Shown: piece after piece, positions 1 to 10,320 of the stretch
How positions within the stretch are numbered: the stretch's first letter is position 1
Layout: each line of letters opens with the position of its first letter
NCBI GenBank assembly: GCA_963786955.1
Contig: CAWBAT010000004.1
Coordinates: 840,678 to 904,677 of the forward strand
Length of the DNA stretch: 64,000 bases
DNA from: an uncultured Acidimicrobiia bacterium
GTDB taxonomy: Bacteria; Acidobacteriota; Terriglobia; Versatilivoradales; Versatilivoraceae
Reading direction: 5' to 3'
The notes under the pieces: generated by a model
What the model was told of the DNA's origin: nothing
What the model saw: the letters and a program-made list of their open reading frames with translations, nothing else
Databases searched by the model: none
Translations under genes and position numbers: made by a program

Positions 1-570
1 TTCATCATAAGCCGGCGGCACGCCAGCTTCCCTTTTTCCCGTTCTCCGACCTGGGTCATGGCACCCAGCACACTCTTCTGATCCCGGGAGCGTTTTCGAC
101 TCTGGGGCAGCCTGGACAGAGACTTGTAAGTAAAGGATCAGTAATAACTTAACCAATAACCACACTACCATTACTGCTCCCTTAGACAAATCTCTTGCGG
201 ACGTTTCGCCGCAATATCATGTTAAACAAGTGCAATTCTCTTGCCGTTTTTTTCGGCCATTCTAGTCAGAGCCAACGACATCCAATGGCATCGGGAACTG
301 ACACGTCTCAGTTGGGCTCGAAGGTGGGGACAGGACTTCACATCTGAAAGCGACGAAGAGATACCTAATCTGAAAACCACAACAGTTCCACCAGCCTCCC
401 CTGATTCCCGAAACCGAAAAGAACTGCTTTCGCGACTGTTTACTTGCTTATTGCCGCCAGGACACGCTAGCGATGGCGGAACTTATCAACCTAATCGGTT
501 GTGCAATTGAATTTCGGCTCTAAGTTGAATGCCTTCGACTAGACCTGTTGACAACTGTGGGCGCCCCAAC

Positions 571-1752
571 TTAGGGCATTTGCCGATAAGCTTGTCGAAC
601 AATTTCGACTTGTTCACGAAGAGCGGGGTGGGGACGAAAATCAGGTGGGGTTCCATGTGCATATCCGAAGAAGTCGCATCCGGATTCGTACCATTTTTTC
701 CAAGTGTTGGGATCGCACAACCCTTTCACATCGGGCCGACCAATGATGGTAGTCATGACCCGTTGATTCGGTTTGCGGATCTTCAGGAGCCAATCCACCA
801 CGGCATCGGATGATTCCGCGATGAGTTGGTCACATTCGTTGACCATCGGATGGTCGACCCACATCGGTTCCGCCGGTCTGTAAAATGGCACATTGAAGTT
901 CGCTTTGGTTTCTGGGTTGCCTTTGTGCATGGCTTCCTGGATGCGATGGAATTGCCGGGCCATAACTTCCCGCTTGTACTTCAGGCTTTCCTCCGGGCTG
1001 ATCTCGGATGCTTTCTCCGGCATGTCCCGCCCGATAATTTCCCGGAACGGATTTTTGACGAAAGCTGATGGCTGCACCGGGAAATCATTGCAATCGTATT
1101 TCCCATAATTAAAGCAGTCAAAATTGATCCAGTCGACAGGATAGAGGCGCAAGAACTCGGTGATGCGGGCGCAGAGCAAATCTGTCCAAGGACTCTCGGG
1201 CGCCAAAAGTCCTACCTCGTTATGGTTTCGAGTGGTGGGAACGAGCCAGTCGGAGCGGATATTGCTCATGCAAAGGTCCATAGCAATGCAAAAATAGCCG
1301 CAAAACGGCAGATTCGCCTTTTGCGCCATTTTAAACAGCCTGGGAAACAAATCTCTGCCGGGTCCCGGAGCTACAGGCCCGAGTTTTGTCGGATAATAGG
1401 CGTATCCACAATAGGAATAACCCTGTAAGAAAAAGATGTTCACGCCGAAATCCCGATGCCATGCAAAGTACTCCTCAGGGTCAATGAAGGCCCAGTCCTG
1501 GGGCATGGCTGGCGTCATTACGACTCGGTCTCCCTTGCGAGCGATAAAATTCAGGTCGCAGCAAAACAACTTGATCGGTTTTCCGCCGCTAGGCAAATCT
1601 TTCGCGTTAGGCAGTAATTGCACTGACGGTTTCTTGCTTATTGCGGTCACGGCAGATTCGCTGGGAGCAGAATTTAGAGCCGCAGCCGTGCCAACAGCGA
1701 GCCACGATGATTTCTTCAGAAACTTTCGGCGAGTCTGGCTTCCATCATTCAT
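571..1752 (-). CDS. Tat-exported putative glycoside hydrolase (GH29/GHL6-like TIM barrel)
   Basis: Twin-arginine motif TRRKFLKK followed by a hydrophobic stretch; GGAGA RBS before the ATG at 1752; the AYYPTK and VDWINFDC segments resemble fucosidase-like TIM barrels. The family call is tentative. Confidence 0.55.
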   Translation of the reverse strand: MNDGSQTRRKFLKKSSWLAVGTAAALNSAPSESAVTAISKKPSVQLLPNAKDLPSGGKPIKLFCCDLNFIARKGDRVVMTPAMPQDWAFIDPEEYFAWHRDFGVNIFFLQGYSYCGYAYYPTKLGPVAPGPGRDLFPRLFKMAQKANLPFCGYFCIAMDLCMSNIRSDWLVPTTRNHNEVGLLAPESPWTDLLCARITEFLRLYPVDWINFDCFNYGKYDCNDFPVQPSAFVKNPFREIIGRDMPEKASEISPEESLKYKREVMARQFHRIQEAMHKGNPETKANFNVPFYRPAEPMWVDHPMVNECDQLIAESSDAVVDWLLKIRKPNQRVMTTIIGRPDVKGLCDPNTWKKWYESGCDFFGYAHGTPPDFRPHPALREQVEIVRQAYRQMP

Positions 1753-1810
1753 AGGAATCTCCAAGATTTCTCAGTGAAGGTGCGATGCTCTATTCTTTGT
1801 GGGACTGCAT

Positions 1811-1991
1811 CCCTCACCCGGTCCTGATGGACCACCCTTCTCCCGCAAGGGTGAATTCTTGTGCGGGTGCGGAGCTATAAATAGGCCGCCCCTAACGGGA
1901 CTGGAGAGAATGAGGGAACCGACTGCGGTCATAGAGCATCGCTATTTCTTCACACCTTCGGAAGACAGGGGTGCCCAATGTCGGGTGAGGG
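1811..1991. repeat. Composite palindromic intergenic repeat (REP-like)
   Basis: Outer inverted repeat CCCTCACCCG (1811-1820) / CGGGTGAGGG (1982-1991) encloses further hairpins; the inner CGGTCATAGAGCATCGCTA resembles the reverse of the GTAG REP at about 10075. Confidence 0.6.
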
Positions 1992-2009
1992 GCTGATGTC
2001 AAGATCCAA

Positions 2010-4358
2010 TCAATTGTTCATCTTCTGCAAGGCTCCTGCCGCGGCAACAATTTGCCCAAAGGCAATCCCACCATCATTGGGAGGAACTCGCTGATGCCAG
2101 TATGGGCGAAAACCTTCCGAACGCAGCCGCTCAATCGTCCGTTCGCTCAAATACTTGTTCTGGAAGCAGCCTCCACTCAGCACGACCCGTTCCTGTGAAA
2201 TGCGCCTCGCGATGGAGATAATGATCTCAACCAAGGCATTGTGAAAGGCCGCCGACAAACTTCCGATCGACTTCCCTGTCTTCACACCTTTAAGAATAGC
2301 GAGGACAAGTGGCTCCCAGTCTATCACAATCAACCCATTCCGGGTTACCGATGCCCGGTCCATGATTTCATGAACTGCCGGGAGTTCCGCAGTGGTCAGC
2401 CGGTAAGGGAGAGGGGACTCGTCGGCAGCCGTTTCGGCCAAGGCGAATTCCATCTCCATCGCAGCCTGGCCTTCAAAGGTGATCGACTGGCGCAAGTCCA
2501 TTAATGATGCCACCGCATCGAATAATCGTCCTACACTGGAAGTCCAGGGGGAGTGGATGCCGTCCGCGAGCATCTGACGCAAGACATTATTGCTGGCTTT
2601 TGGTAAACTGCCTGACAGGAGCCAGTTCCTGCAAGTCGGAAAGGTTTCTCTCCGTAAATCTCAAAAAGGACACCCAGGGCGGTTCGCCTGCGGCTCTTTG
2701 ACGGCGCGTTCCCCACCGGGCAGACGGAACTTTCGAAAGCTAGCAACCCGCCGAAACCCGCACTGATCTGCCAAAAGAAATTCTCCACCCCAAACAGTCC
2801 CATCCAGTCCATACCCTGTGCCGTCCCAGGAGACTCCGAGCACTGCCCCTTCCAATCCATTCTCAGCCAGGCAGGAAACCACATGAGCGTAGTGGTGTTG
2901 CACGGAAACGACTTTCTTGCCGGATGCCATGGCAAATCGGGTAGAGACGTAATCGGGATGAGAATCTGCCACAATCACTTCGGGATCCGAGCGGTAGAGC
3001 TGCTTGAAAACTGTTGATGACGTTGTGAAAGGCATTCACGGCTTCTTTGTTCTCCAGGTCCCCAATATGCTGGCTGATGAAGACGTTCTCACGCACGGTC
3101 ATGGCGACGGTGTTCTTTAAGTGCCCACCCACCGCCAGCATCTTGGGTACTGGTTTCGAGAGTCGCAAGGGCAGCGGAGCATAGCCCCGGGCACGCCGCA
3201 ATATCAGCTCGCGACCCATCATCACTCGAGCGATGGAATCGTCGACGTGGCGTACAATCGGCCGGTTATGGACCAGGAAGAAGTCAGCGATAGCTTCCAA
3301 CCGTTTGAGTGCTTCCTGTTCATCAATGCAGATCGGCTCATCCGAGAGATTGCCGCTTGTCGCCACAACCGGAACCTTAAGCTCCCGTGTTAACAGGTGA
3401 TGCAACGGAGTGTAAGGGAGCATGATTCCAAGATACGGATTGCGCGGAGCCACGGAAGGAGAAAATTCACCCGCGGATTCTGTTCCTGGATTTTATTTTG
3501 TCGAGCAGAACAATAGGGGATTCGGGTGAGAGGAGCAATCGTTCTTCCAGCGCCGAAACATGACAAAAGTTTTTTACGGCATCGAGCGATGAACACAAGA
3601 GCGCAAACGGTTTCTCTTCACGGTGCTTGCGGGCTCGCAGGCGGCTCACCGCCTCGTCGTTCGTCGCATCGACAATCAATTGAAACCCGCCAAGCCCCTT
3701 CAGGCCGAGGATTTTTCCTTTACGAACAACCGCACAGGCATCCAGCAAAGCCTGATGATGTAACCCTAAGACCTTCCCCTTGGGGTCCCACAGCTTGAGG
3801 TGAGGACCACATTCAGGACAGGCTGTAGGCTGCGCATGGAACCGGCGGTCAAGCGGGTCCTCATATTCTTTGCGGCATTGCGGGCACATTGCGAAGGCTT
3901 TCATCGAGGTATGGATACGATCGTAAGGGAGAGCATTGATGATCGAAAAACGAGGGCCACAGTTTGTGCAGTTGGTAAAAGGGTAGAGGTAGCGGCGATC
4001 GTTGGGATCGAATACGTCACGCAAACAATCCTGGCAAGTCGCGATGTCAGGCAAAACCAGAGTCAGGTTTTCTCCCTGATGGTCGCTGTGACGAATCTCA
4101 AAAACTCCGGAAGAAAAGAGGGTCCAGGCGGGTCGATTCAAGACTCTGGATCGAAGCAGCGCGAGGTTTTTCTTGCTCCAGGCGGAGGAGGAAAGTGTCT
4201 AGGACCCCGCCTCGCCTTCAACCTCGATGAATACCCCTTGTGGAGAGTTGAGCACCCAGCCACAAAGATTCATCTCGTGTGGCGAGACGATACACAAAGG
4301 GCCGAAATCCTACCCCTTGAACGGCCCCCCGGATGACAATATGAGCCCGTTCGATCAC
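2010..4358 (-). CDS. hypF: Carbamoyltransferase HypF (split by several frameshifts, probably sequencing indels)
   Basis: GTG start overlaps the hypB stop; acylphosphatase motif GAVQGVGFRPFVYRLA; Zn fingers CQDC/CTNC/CPQC/CPEC; ATSGN, SQHIGDL, QHHYAH, WDGTGYG, SSVGRLFD and PPNDGGIAFGQ appear in successive frames. Confidence 0.95.
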
Positions 4359-5008
4359 GACGATGCGGATTGTTCCTTGAGCCAATGGCACCATTCAAGA
4401 ATACCCGCACCGGTTGTGCAGGAAGTCTCGAATACTCTCAAGGAAGGATTAATATTGAGGGCATTCTGCTTCAAGGCTTCCAGGTTGCAGTTCACATAGG
4501 GAAGTAGATCGATTTTATTGATGATCAAAATGGAAGCATGGCGAAACATTCCCGGATATTTAAGGGGTTTGTCATCCCCCTCCGTCGTACTGACCACAAC
4601 TACTTTGAGCGCTTCGCCCAGATCATAGTTCGCTGGACAAACCAGATTCCCGACATTTTCAATGACCAGGAGATCCAGTTGATGCAGGTCCATCTGGGCC
4701 ATGGCGTCCTGGACCAACCGCGCTTCCAAGTGGCACCCCCCGTTCGTCACGATCTGGATCACGGGCACCTGGTAACGGGCCACACGTTGAGCATCAAAAT
4801 CCGTTTGCACATCCCCTTCGATGACGCCGATTCGGAGACGACCCCGCAGAATACCCAGGGTTTGCTCCAGTATGCTTGTTTTTCCAGAGCCCGGTGAACT
4901 GACCAAGTTGATCGAAAACACGCTATGCTGTTTCAATGCCGAGCGATTCAGTTGCGCGATCTCGTCATTTTTCTCCAGGACTTTTCGTTCGATGGTGATG
5001 ATGTTCAT
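4355..5008 (-). CDS. hypB: Hydrogenase nickel incorporation GTPase HypB
   Basis: SSPGSGKT P-loop, GGCHL, ENVGNLVCP, EGDDKPLKYP, NKIDL. Confidence 0.97.
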   Translation of the reverse strand: MNIITIERKVLEKNDEIAQLNRSALKQHSVFSINLVSSPGSGKTSILEQTLGILRGRLRIGVIEGDVQTDFDAQRVARYQVPVIQIVTNGGCHLEARLVQDAMAQMDLHQLDLLVIENVGNLVCPANYDLGEALKVVVVSTTEGDDKPLKYPGMFRHASILIINKIDLLPYVNCNLEALKQNALNINPSLRVFETSCTTGAGILEWCHWLKEQSASS

Positions 5009-5368
5009 TGAGTCTCCGACCCATTCTCAGCCATTTCGATCTCAACTACCTGGAGTTCCGTGCCAGAGATGAGCTTAATATCGTGGCTCCCGCACTCCGG
5101 GCAGAGGAAAAGGGGACCTTTAATCTTGGAGGTTTCCCCACAATCCGCACAATGCAACTGCGTCTCAACTCGTTCGATATTGAGTCTTAGCTTGTCTCAG
5201 AGACGTATCGCTGGTGATGGCGGAAAAACAAAAATCGAGCGACTCCGGCACAACTCCCGACAACCCGCCTAATCGAACCTTTATGGACTGAACTTCGGCG
5301 GAGCAGGTCTCCGGAATAGATTCACGGACAATATCCAGAATGCTTTGAGCAATGGATAACTCGTGCAT
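5005..5368 (-). CDS. hypA: Hydrogenase nickel chaperone HypA (one frameshift near 5180)
   Basis: MHELSIA N-terminus; after the frameshift CADC...CPEC and GTELQVVEIE; the stop overlaps the hypB ATG (ATGA). Confidence 0.93.
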
Positions 5369-5391
5369 GATCAGGCGGCCATTCCGTTCAT

Positions 5392-5880
5392 CTATACAAT
5401 AACACGGGACGTGGTAACACCGGCTATCGAATTCAATAAGGAATGGACCAACTGAGTGATTCGAGGGAGAGATTCCGCCACCGCCGGGGAAAGTTCTGTG
5501 CGCAGAGATTGTATCTCGGCAATCGAAATCGTGACGAGATAGATTTTAGGGAGTGGACCCAGCAGCACCGCTGATTCGATAAGATCTCTCAATCCAATAT
5601 CATGAGCGCTGAGCGCGCGGGGAAAGTCCGAGGCAAAGCGCGGTTCAATGATACGCAGGGATCCGGCCGGCTGGCCGTCCATCGTCGCATCGATCATGAC
5701 GATCGTTTCATAGTCGGAAAAGTAAGAGAGAAGATGGAAGCCACCCGTACCGCCATCAACCAAAGTAACAAAGGGCGGGAGTTTTTCGCGCTCAAGTTCA
5801 TGAATCGCGTGAACTCCCACCCCTTCATCTCCCAACAAGTAATTTCCGATGCCTAAGACAAGAATTTCAGGTTTAGCCAT
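5392..5880 (-). CDS. hyaD: Hydrogenase maturation endopeptidase (HyaD/HupD family)
   Basis: LGIGNYLLGDEGVGV, DGGT and SAHD motifs; follows the hydrogenase structural genes. Confidence 0.92.
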   Translation of the reverse strand: MAKPEILVLGIGNYLLGDEGVGVHAIHELEREKLPPFVTLVDGGTGGFHLLSYFSDYETIVMIDATMDGQPAGSLRIIEPRFASDFPRALSAHDIGLRDLIESAVLLGPLPKIYLVTISIAEIQSLRTELSPAVAESLPRITQLVHSLLNSIAGVTTSRVIV

Positions 5881-5964
5881 GATCGAAGAAAGTCACGTTT
5901 GCGGTTTTCAAGCAGCCGCGACCATCGCAAAAAGCATGGCGGTCTTGGCTGCCACTAGGAATCA

Positions 5965-6643
5965 TCAACTGTTTCGCTTTTCGATAAACTTCCAGCCTCC
6001 GGCCATGGAAGAAAACACTCCTCGTCCTTCTACATAATCGTGGTAGAAGACCAGGTAAACATGCACTATGGAAAATATAATAAAAAACCACATCATCATG
6101 TGGTGCCACTGGCGCACAGCGAAATCGCCTCCCATCAACGGGACGATCCAGGCAAACAAATGCGGCAGCCAGGCCTTACTCATGGCGGAGTACATCGCCG
6201 AATCCCGTCAGACTTTGAAACACAAACGCCAGAAAAGTCAGAAAGTAGGTGAGCCCTGCCAAGCGTGTTGTGCCCGATGGAGTCAATGGGTTTGGCACTG
6301 GATTGGAGGATGTCCACTTTAAGGACTTCCACCAATTCCTTCCACTGGCTCCGCTTTCAAGGGGATGAAGAAATGCCAGCGGGCATAGCGTGTTTCCGAC
6401 AAATCCCCAATAGATCCGGAAGAGAAAGTTAAAGAAAAAGATGAACGCGGCCACAAAATGGAGAAACCGGACCGTCCCGAACCAATAGCCGAAGGCCGCT
6501 TCTCCGCCAACCTGGAGGGATAGGGGACGGCCAATGACGAAGCCGGTCGCGATCAAGACGCCCACGCAAAGGGAATTGATCCAGTGGTAGAAGCGGACGG
6601 GCAGTTCCCAGACATAAACTCTCTGCATTGTCGTCGTTCCCAT
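5965..6643 (-). CDS. hyaC: Ni/Fe-hydrogenase b-type cytochrome subunit (frameshifted)
   Basis: VYVWELPVRFYHW, VRFLHF, RQWHH and VHVYLVFYHDYVEGRG heme-ligand segments occur across frames. Confidence 0.9.
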
Positions 6644-6652
6644 AAACCCCTC

Positions 6653-8371
6653 CTAAAACGTGTTGAGGTGATGGACTGTGCTGCCTTTTTCGTCGTACAG
6701 GTGCACGGCACAAGCCAGGCAGGGATCGAAGGAATGAATCGTTCTGAGCACCTCCAGGGGTTGCTCGGGATTATGAACCGGAGTCCCGATCAGCGAGGCT
6801 TCGTAGGCTGACATTTGCCCGAGGTGGTCCCGGGGAGAAGCATTCCACGTGCTCGGAACGACCAGCTGGTAGTTGGCAATCTTCTTGTCTTTAATCACGA
6901 TCCAATGAGCCAGTGCGCCTCGGGGAGCCTCAGAAAGCCCAACCCCTTCGGCCACCGCCGGCCAGGTGTCTGGTTCCCACTTGGCATCGTTAAAGGTCCG
7001 CGTATCGCCATTCTTGATATTGCTGATGAGCTGGTCGAAGAACTCATTGGACCAATGTGCGATCAGCCGGGTTTCCAACCCGCGCGCGGCGGTTCTGCCA
7101 AGCGTCGAGAAAAGAGCCTCGACAGGAACGTTTAGCTTCTTCAGGGCTTCATTCACCACTTCCTTGACATCTTCCCGACCAGATGCATAAGCAACGAGCA
7201 ACCGGGCCAGGGGACCGACTTCCATGGCATGTTCATTCCAACGCGGGGTTTTCAACCAACTGTATTTTTGTTGAACATTCAGCTGCTCGTAAGGAGGTTT
7301 AGGGCCTGTGTATTTTAGTTTGGTTTCGCCTTCCCATGGATGTCTGGCGATTGTGTTTTCCCCGGAATACTCATACCATGAGTGGGAGATGTATTCTTGA
7401 ATCTCCTTGCGGTTCTTGCCATCCACGGGCAAGACTTCTTTCAGATTCCGATCGAGGATGACTCCACGCGGAAACTTAAACTTGGCAGGTTCAGAGTAGC
7501 CATTAGTGGGCAGATCGCCATACGCCAGGTAGTTCTTAAGACCTCCACCAATCGCCCCCCAATCTTTATAGAAGGAGGCTACCGCCATCAGATCCGGCAG
7601 ATAGACCTGTTCGACGAACTCTTTGGCTTGATCCAGCAATTGTTTCACATGAGCCAATCGTTCAGCATTGATGGCATTCGACTCGTCCAGATTAATCGAG
7701 CAAGGTGCCCCTCCAACCAGATAATTGGGGTGCGGGTTCTTTCCCCCGAAAATGGTATGAATCTTCACAATTTCTTTTTGCCACTCAAGAGCCTCCAGAT
7801 AATGGGCCGTTCCGATGAGATTCACTTCAGGCGGTAACTTATATGCCGGATGCCCCCAGTAGGCATTGGCGAAGATGCCCAACTGGCCGCTACTCACAAA
7901 AGCGGTCAGCCTCTTTTGGATATCTGAGAAATACATTGGAGAACTCTTGGGCCAATTGGAAAGGCTCTGGGCAAGCTCCGACGTTTTCTTAGGGTCTGCT
8001 TTCAGCGCGCTCACCACGTCGACCCAGTCCAACGCGTGAAGGTGGTAGAAATGGACGACATGGTCTTGCATATATTGCGTGCAGAACATCAAATTGCGGA
8101 TCAGTTCGGCATTGGGTGGCACTGTAATCCCTAATGCGTCTTCCACCGTGCGCACCGACGCCAAGGCATGGACTGTAGTGCAAACCCCGCAGGCGCGCTC
8201 CGTGAAAGCCCAGGCGTCCCGTGGATCCCTGCCTTTGAGGATGATTTCAAAGCCACGGACCATGGTTCCTGAACTGTAAGCGTCAACGACTTTTCCATCC
8301 TTGACTTCCACTTCGATGCGAAGATGCCCCTCAATTCGGGTAATCGGGTCAATCACGATTCGGTTAGCCAT
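6653..8371 (-). CDS. hyaB: Membrane-bound group 1 [NiFe] hydrogenase large subunit
   Basis: DPITRIEGH; L1 ERACGVCTTVH; L2 SFDPCLACAVH followed by a cleavable C-terminal extension. Confidence 0.97.
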   Translation of the reverse strand: MANRIVIDPITRIEGHLRIEVEVKDGKVVDAYSSGTMVRGFEIILKGRDPRDAWAFTERACGVCTTVHALASVRTVEDALGITVPPNAELIRNLMFCTQYMQDHVVHFYHLHALDWVDVVSALKADPKKTSELAQSLSNWPKSSPMYFSDIQKRLTAFVSSGQLGIFANAYWGHPAYKLPPEVNLIGTAHYLEALEWQKEIVKIHTIFGGKNPHPNYLVGGAPCSINLDESNAINAERLAHVKQLLDQAKEFVEQVYLPDLMAVASFYKDWGAIGGGLKNYLAYGDLPTNGYSEPAKFKFPRGVILDRNLKEVLPVDGKNRKEIQEYISHSWYEYSGENTIARHPWEGETKLKYTGPKPPYEQLNVQQKYSWLKTPRWNEHAMEVGPLARLLVAYASGREDVKEVVNEALKKLNVPVEALFSTLGRTAARGLETRLIAHWSNEFFDQLISNIKNGDTRTFNDAKWEPDTWPAVAEGVGLSEAPRGALAHWIVIKDKKIANYQLVVPSTWNASPRDHLGQMSAYEASLIGTPVHNPEQPLEVLRTIHSFDPCLACAVHLYDEKGSTVHHLNTF

Positions 8372-9493
8372 TATTCATCTCCTTTCTTCGTATCCGAAGT
8401 GTTTCGGCTGCTCTCGATTTCCTCAAGGATGAGTTTGCGTTTTCGGATATTGGTCGAGATGGCGTGACCGGCAATACCGATCAATGTCCCAGCTCCCACA
8501 ACGAGGCCGACTTTATCCGCTGTCGTCTCAATCCCGAACCCCGGGAAAGAAGCCAGGTGCTGATAGAACGGGCCGTTGTCCCAGAAATTGGCCTCGCTGC
8601 AGCCGATGCAGCCATGGCCGGATTGGATTGGGAAACTGACGCCGTTGTTCCAACGCATCACGCCGCAGGCGTTGTAGGTGACCGGTCCGCGGCATCCCAT
8701 TTTGTAGAGACAATAACCCGCGCTTGGCATTCTCATCATCAAAGGCCTGGACGAATAAGCCCGCATCATAGTTGGGCCTTCGGTAGCAGGTATCGTGAAC
8801 ACGCCGGGAATAGAAAGCCTTCGGCCGTCCAAGTCCGTCCAGTTGGGGGATACGCTCAAACGCAAGCAAATGAACGATCGTTCCCGCCATGACCTCGGCA
8901 ATCGGTGGACACCCAGGAACGTTGATGATCGGCTTGCCGGAGACGAGTTTGTGAATCGGCGTTGCTCCCGTCGGATTGGGTTTGGCCGCCTGAATACAGC
9001 CATTCGAAGCACAGCTTCCCCAAGCCACAATCGCCTTGGCGTCGCTGGCAGCTTCTTTAAGAATATCGAGCGCCGTTTTGCCGGCAATACAGCAGTAAAC
9101 GCCGTCTTCCTCGGTTGGCACCGAACCTTCAACCAGCATCAAGTATTGGCCCTTGAATTGAGTCATGGTCTTATGCAGAGCCTCTTCGGCCTGTTTGCCG
9201 GCCGCTGCCTGCAAGGTCTCGGTGTAATCGAGGGAGACTTTGTCCAGAATGATATCCGCGACGATAGGATGAGAAGAGCGAATGAAGGACTCACTACAAC
9301 ATGTACACTCCTGAAAATGGAACCAGACAACAGGAAGGCGCGGCTTCTTATCGAGGGCTTCCACGACCTTTGGGAGCATGGTGGATTCGATGCCAGCAGC
9401 AGCAGCGATCCAGCCGCAAAACTGCAGGAAATCGCGTCGTGAGTAGCCTAGCATTTGAGCCTGTTCCCAGATAGTAAGGGGTTTATCGCTCAT
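8371..9493 (-). CDS. hyaA: [NiFe] hydrogenase small subunit, six-Cys proximal cluster (O2-tolerant group 1d type); frameshift near 8720
   Basis: Tat SRRDFL; [21 protein letters not shown]; [21 protein letters not shown]; C-terminal TM anchor; AAGGAGG RBS before the ATG at 9493. Confidence 0.95.
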
Positions 9494-9537
9494 CGAGACC
9501 TCCTTCAATATTTGATGTGGAGACACTCATTCCCGGT

Positions 9538-9792
9538 CTAGTTGATTTGCTTTACAAAATCAGGGTCGAGTTCGTCATTGAGATCTTGAGATCTGATCCG
9601 GTCGATCGTGATCTTGGCTTCAATGATGACCCGATCTCCGAGATGAGCGTCCTGAAGATTCTCAGCAGTGATATCCAGCAAGTTCGAATGCTTTAGGGCG
9701 ATCTTGGTCAGACAATGCCCCCCCTTTTCGAAGATCTCAACGACTTCCCCCGGAAGTGAAAGAAGATGGGTCTGACCTGGCTCGATCACCAT
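9538..9792 (-). CDS. Small protein with HypC/HupF-like sequence features but no N-terminal Met-Cys
   Basis: LSLPGEVVEI resembles HypC CLAIPGKVVEI and HLGDRVII resembles VGDYVLVH; it is the first gene after the sigma54 promoter. The start codon is uncertain. Confidence 0.45.
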   Translation of the reverse strand: MVIEPGQTHLLSLPGEVVEIFEKGGHCLTKIALKHSNLLDITAENLQDAHLGDRVIIEAKITIDRIRSQDLNDELDPDFVKQIN

Positions 9793-9854
9793 GGCAGCAA
9801 TGAATTGTTGTCGTGAATTGATTGGATCCCATTCCAACTGGCTGAAGCTACTTA

Positions 9855-9870
9855 AGCAAATCGATTGCCA
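9855..9870 (-). promoter_or_regulatory. Sigma54 (-24/-12) promoter of the uptake hydrogenase operon
   Basis: Minus strand reads TGGCAATCGATTTGCT: GG-N10-GC, close to the consensus TGGCAC-N5-TTGCW. Confidence 0.85.
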
Positions 9871-9921
9871 CTAAAATGGACTGGAAAAGTGAATAGAATA
9901 TAAGGTTTGAGATCCGGCAGG

Positions 9922-9959
9922 TAACGGGAATCCGTTAGGATGTTTGCGGAATTCCGTTA
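9922..9959. promoter_or_regulatory. Paired palindromic upstream activator sequences
   Basis: TAACGGGAATCCGTTA (9922-9937) and TTGCGGAATTCCGTTA (9944-9959), 22 bp apart and 50-90 bp upstream of the -24 element. Confidence 0.7.
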
Positions 9960-10014
9960 GTCATAACGCCCCTTGTGACGGGGGAGAGAAAGAGGAAATC
10001 CTGCTTTAGCTAGC

Positions 10015-10310
10015 AGTACGGAAGCTGTTTCAACGAAACGAGGTGGAGCGGGCGCTCCGGCCTGCACAAATGTTGTAGCGGCGGTCTGTGACCGTCGTGT
10101 TCTTTTCATTTCAATGGATTCGTCGGCCTTCCTTTGGCACAGGCCATCGTCCCCCCTTGCACAAGGGGGGGAGCTGTGAGCGGGAGTCTGTGCCCGCGGA
10201 AAAGCCCACGATGAATGCAGAAAACGCTTTCATCGTGGCTTCCAAAGCTTTGCGATTCCCATGGTAAGGTGGAGCGGGGGACAGCTGGCCCACGTGCTCG
10301 TTCTACCCAA
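10015..10310. repeat. Cluster of REP-like/MITE-derived palindromes
   Basis: CGGAAGCTG...GGTGGAGCGGGCGC (shared with 33405, 39510 and 49232), GTAGCGGCGGTCTGTGACCGTCG, and a CCCCCCTTGCACAAGGGGGG hairpin. Confidence 0.6.
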
Positions 10311-10320
10311 ACAATCAGCA

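Noticed and set aside
1-570. Possible gene start at the left edge and the short ORF 241-510
   Set aside because: There is no recognisable protein motif or clear RBS, so it cannot be supported from this window.
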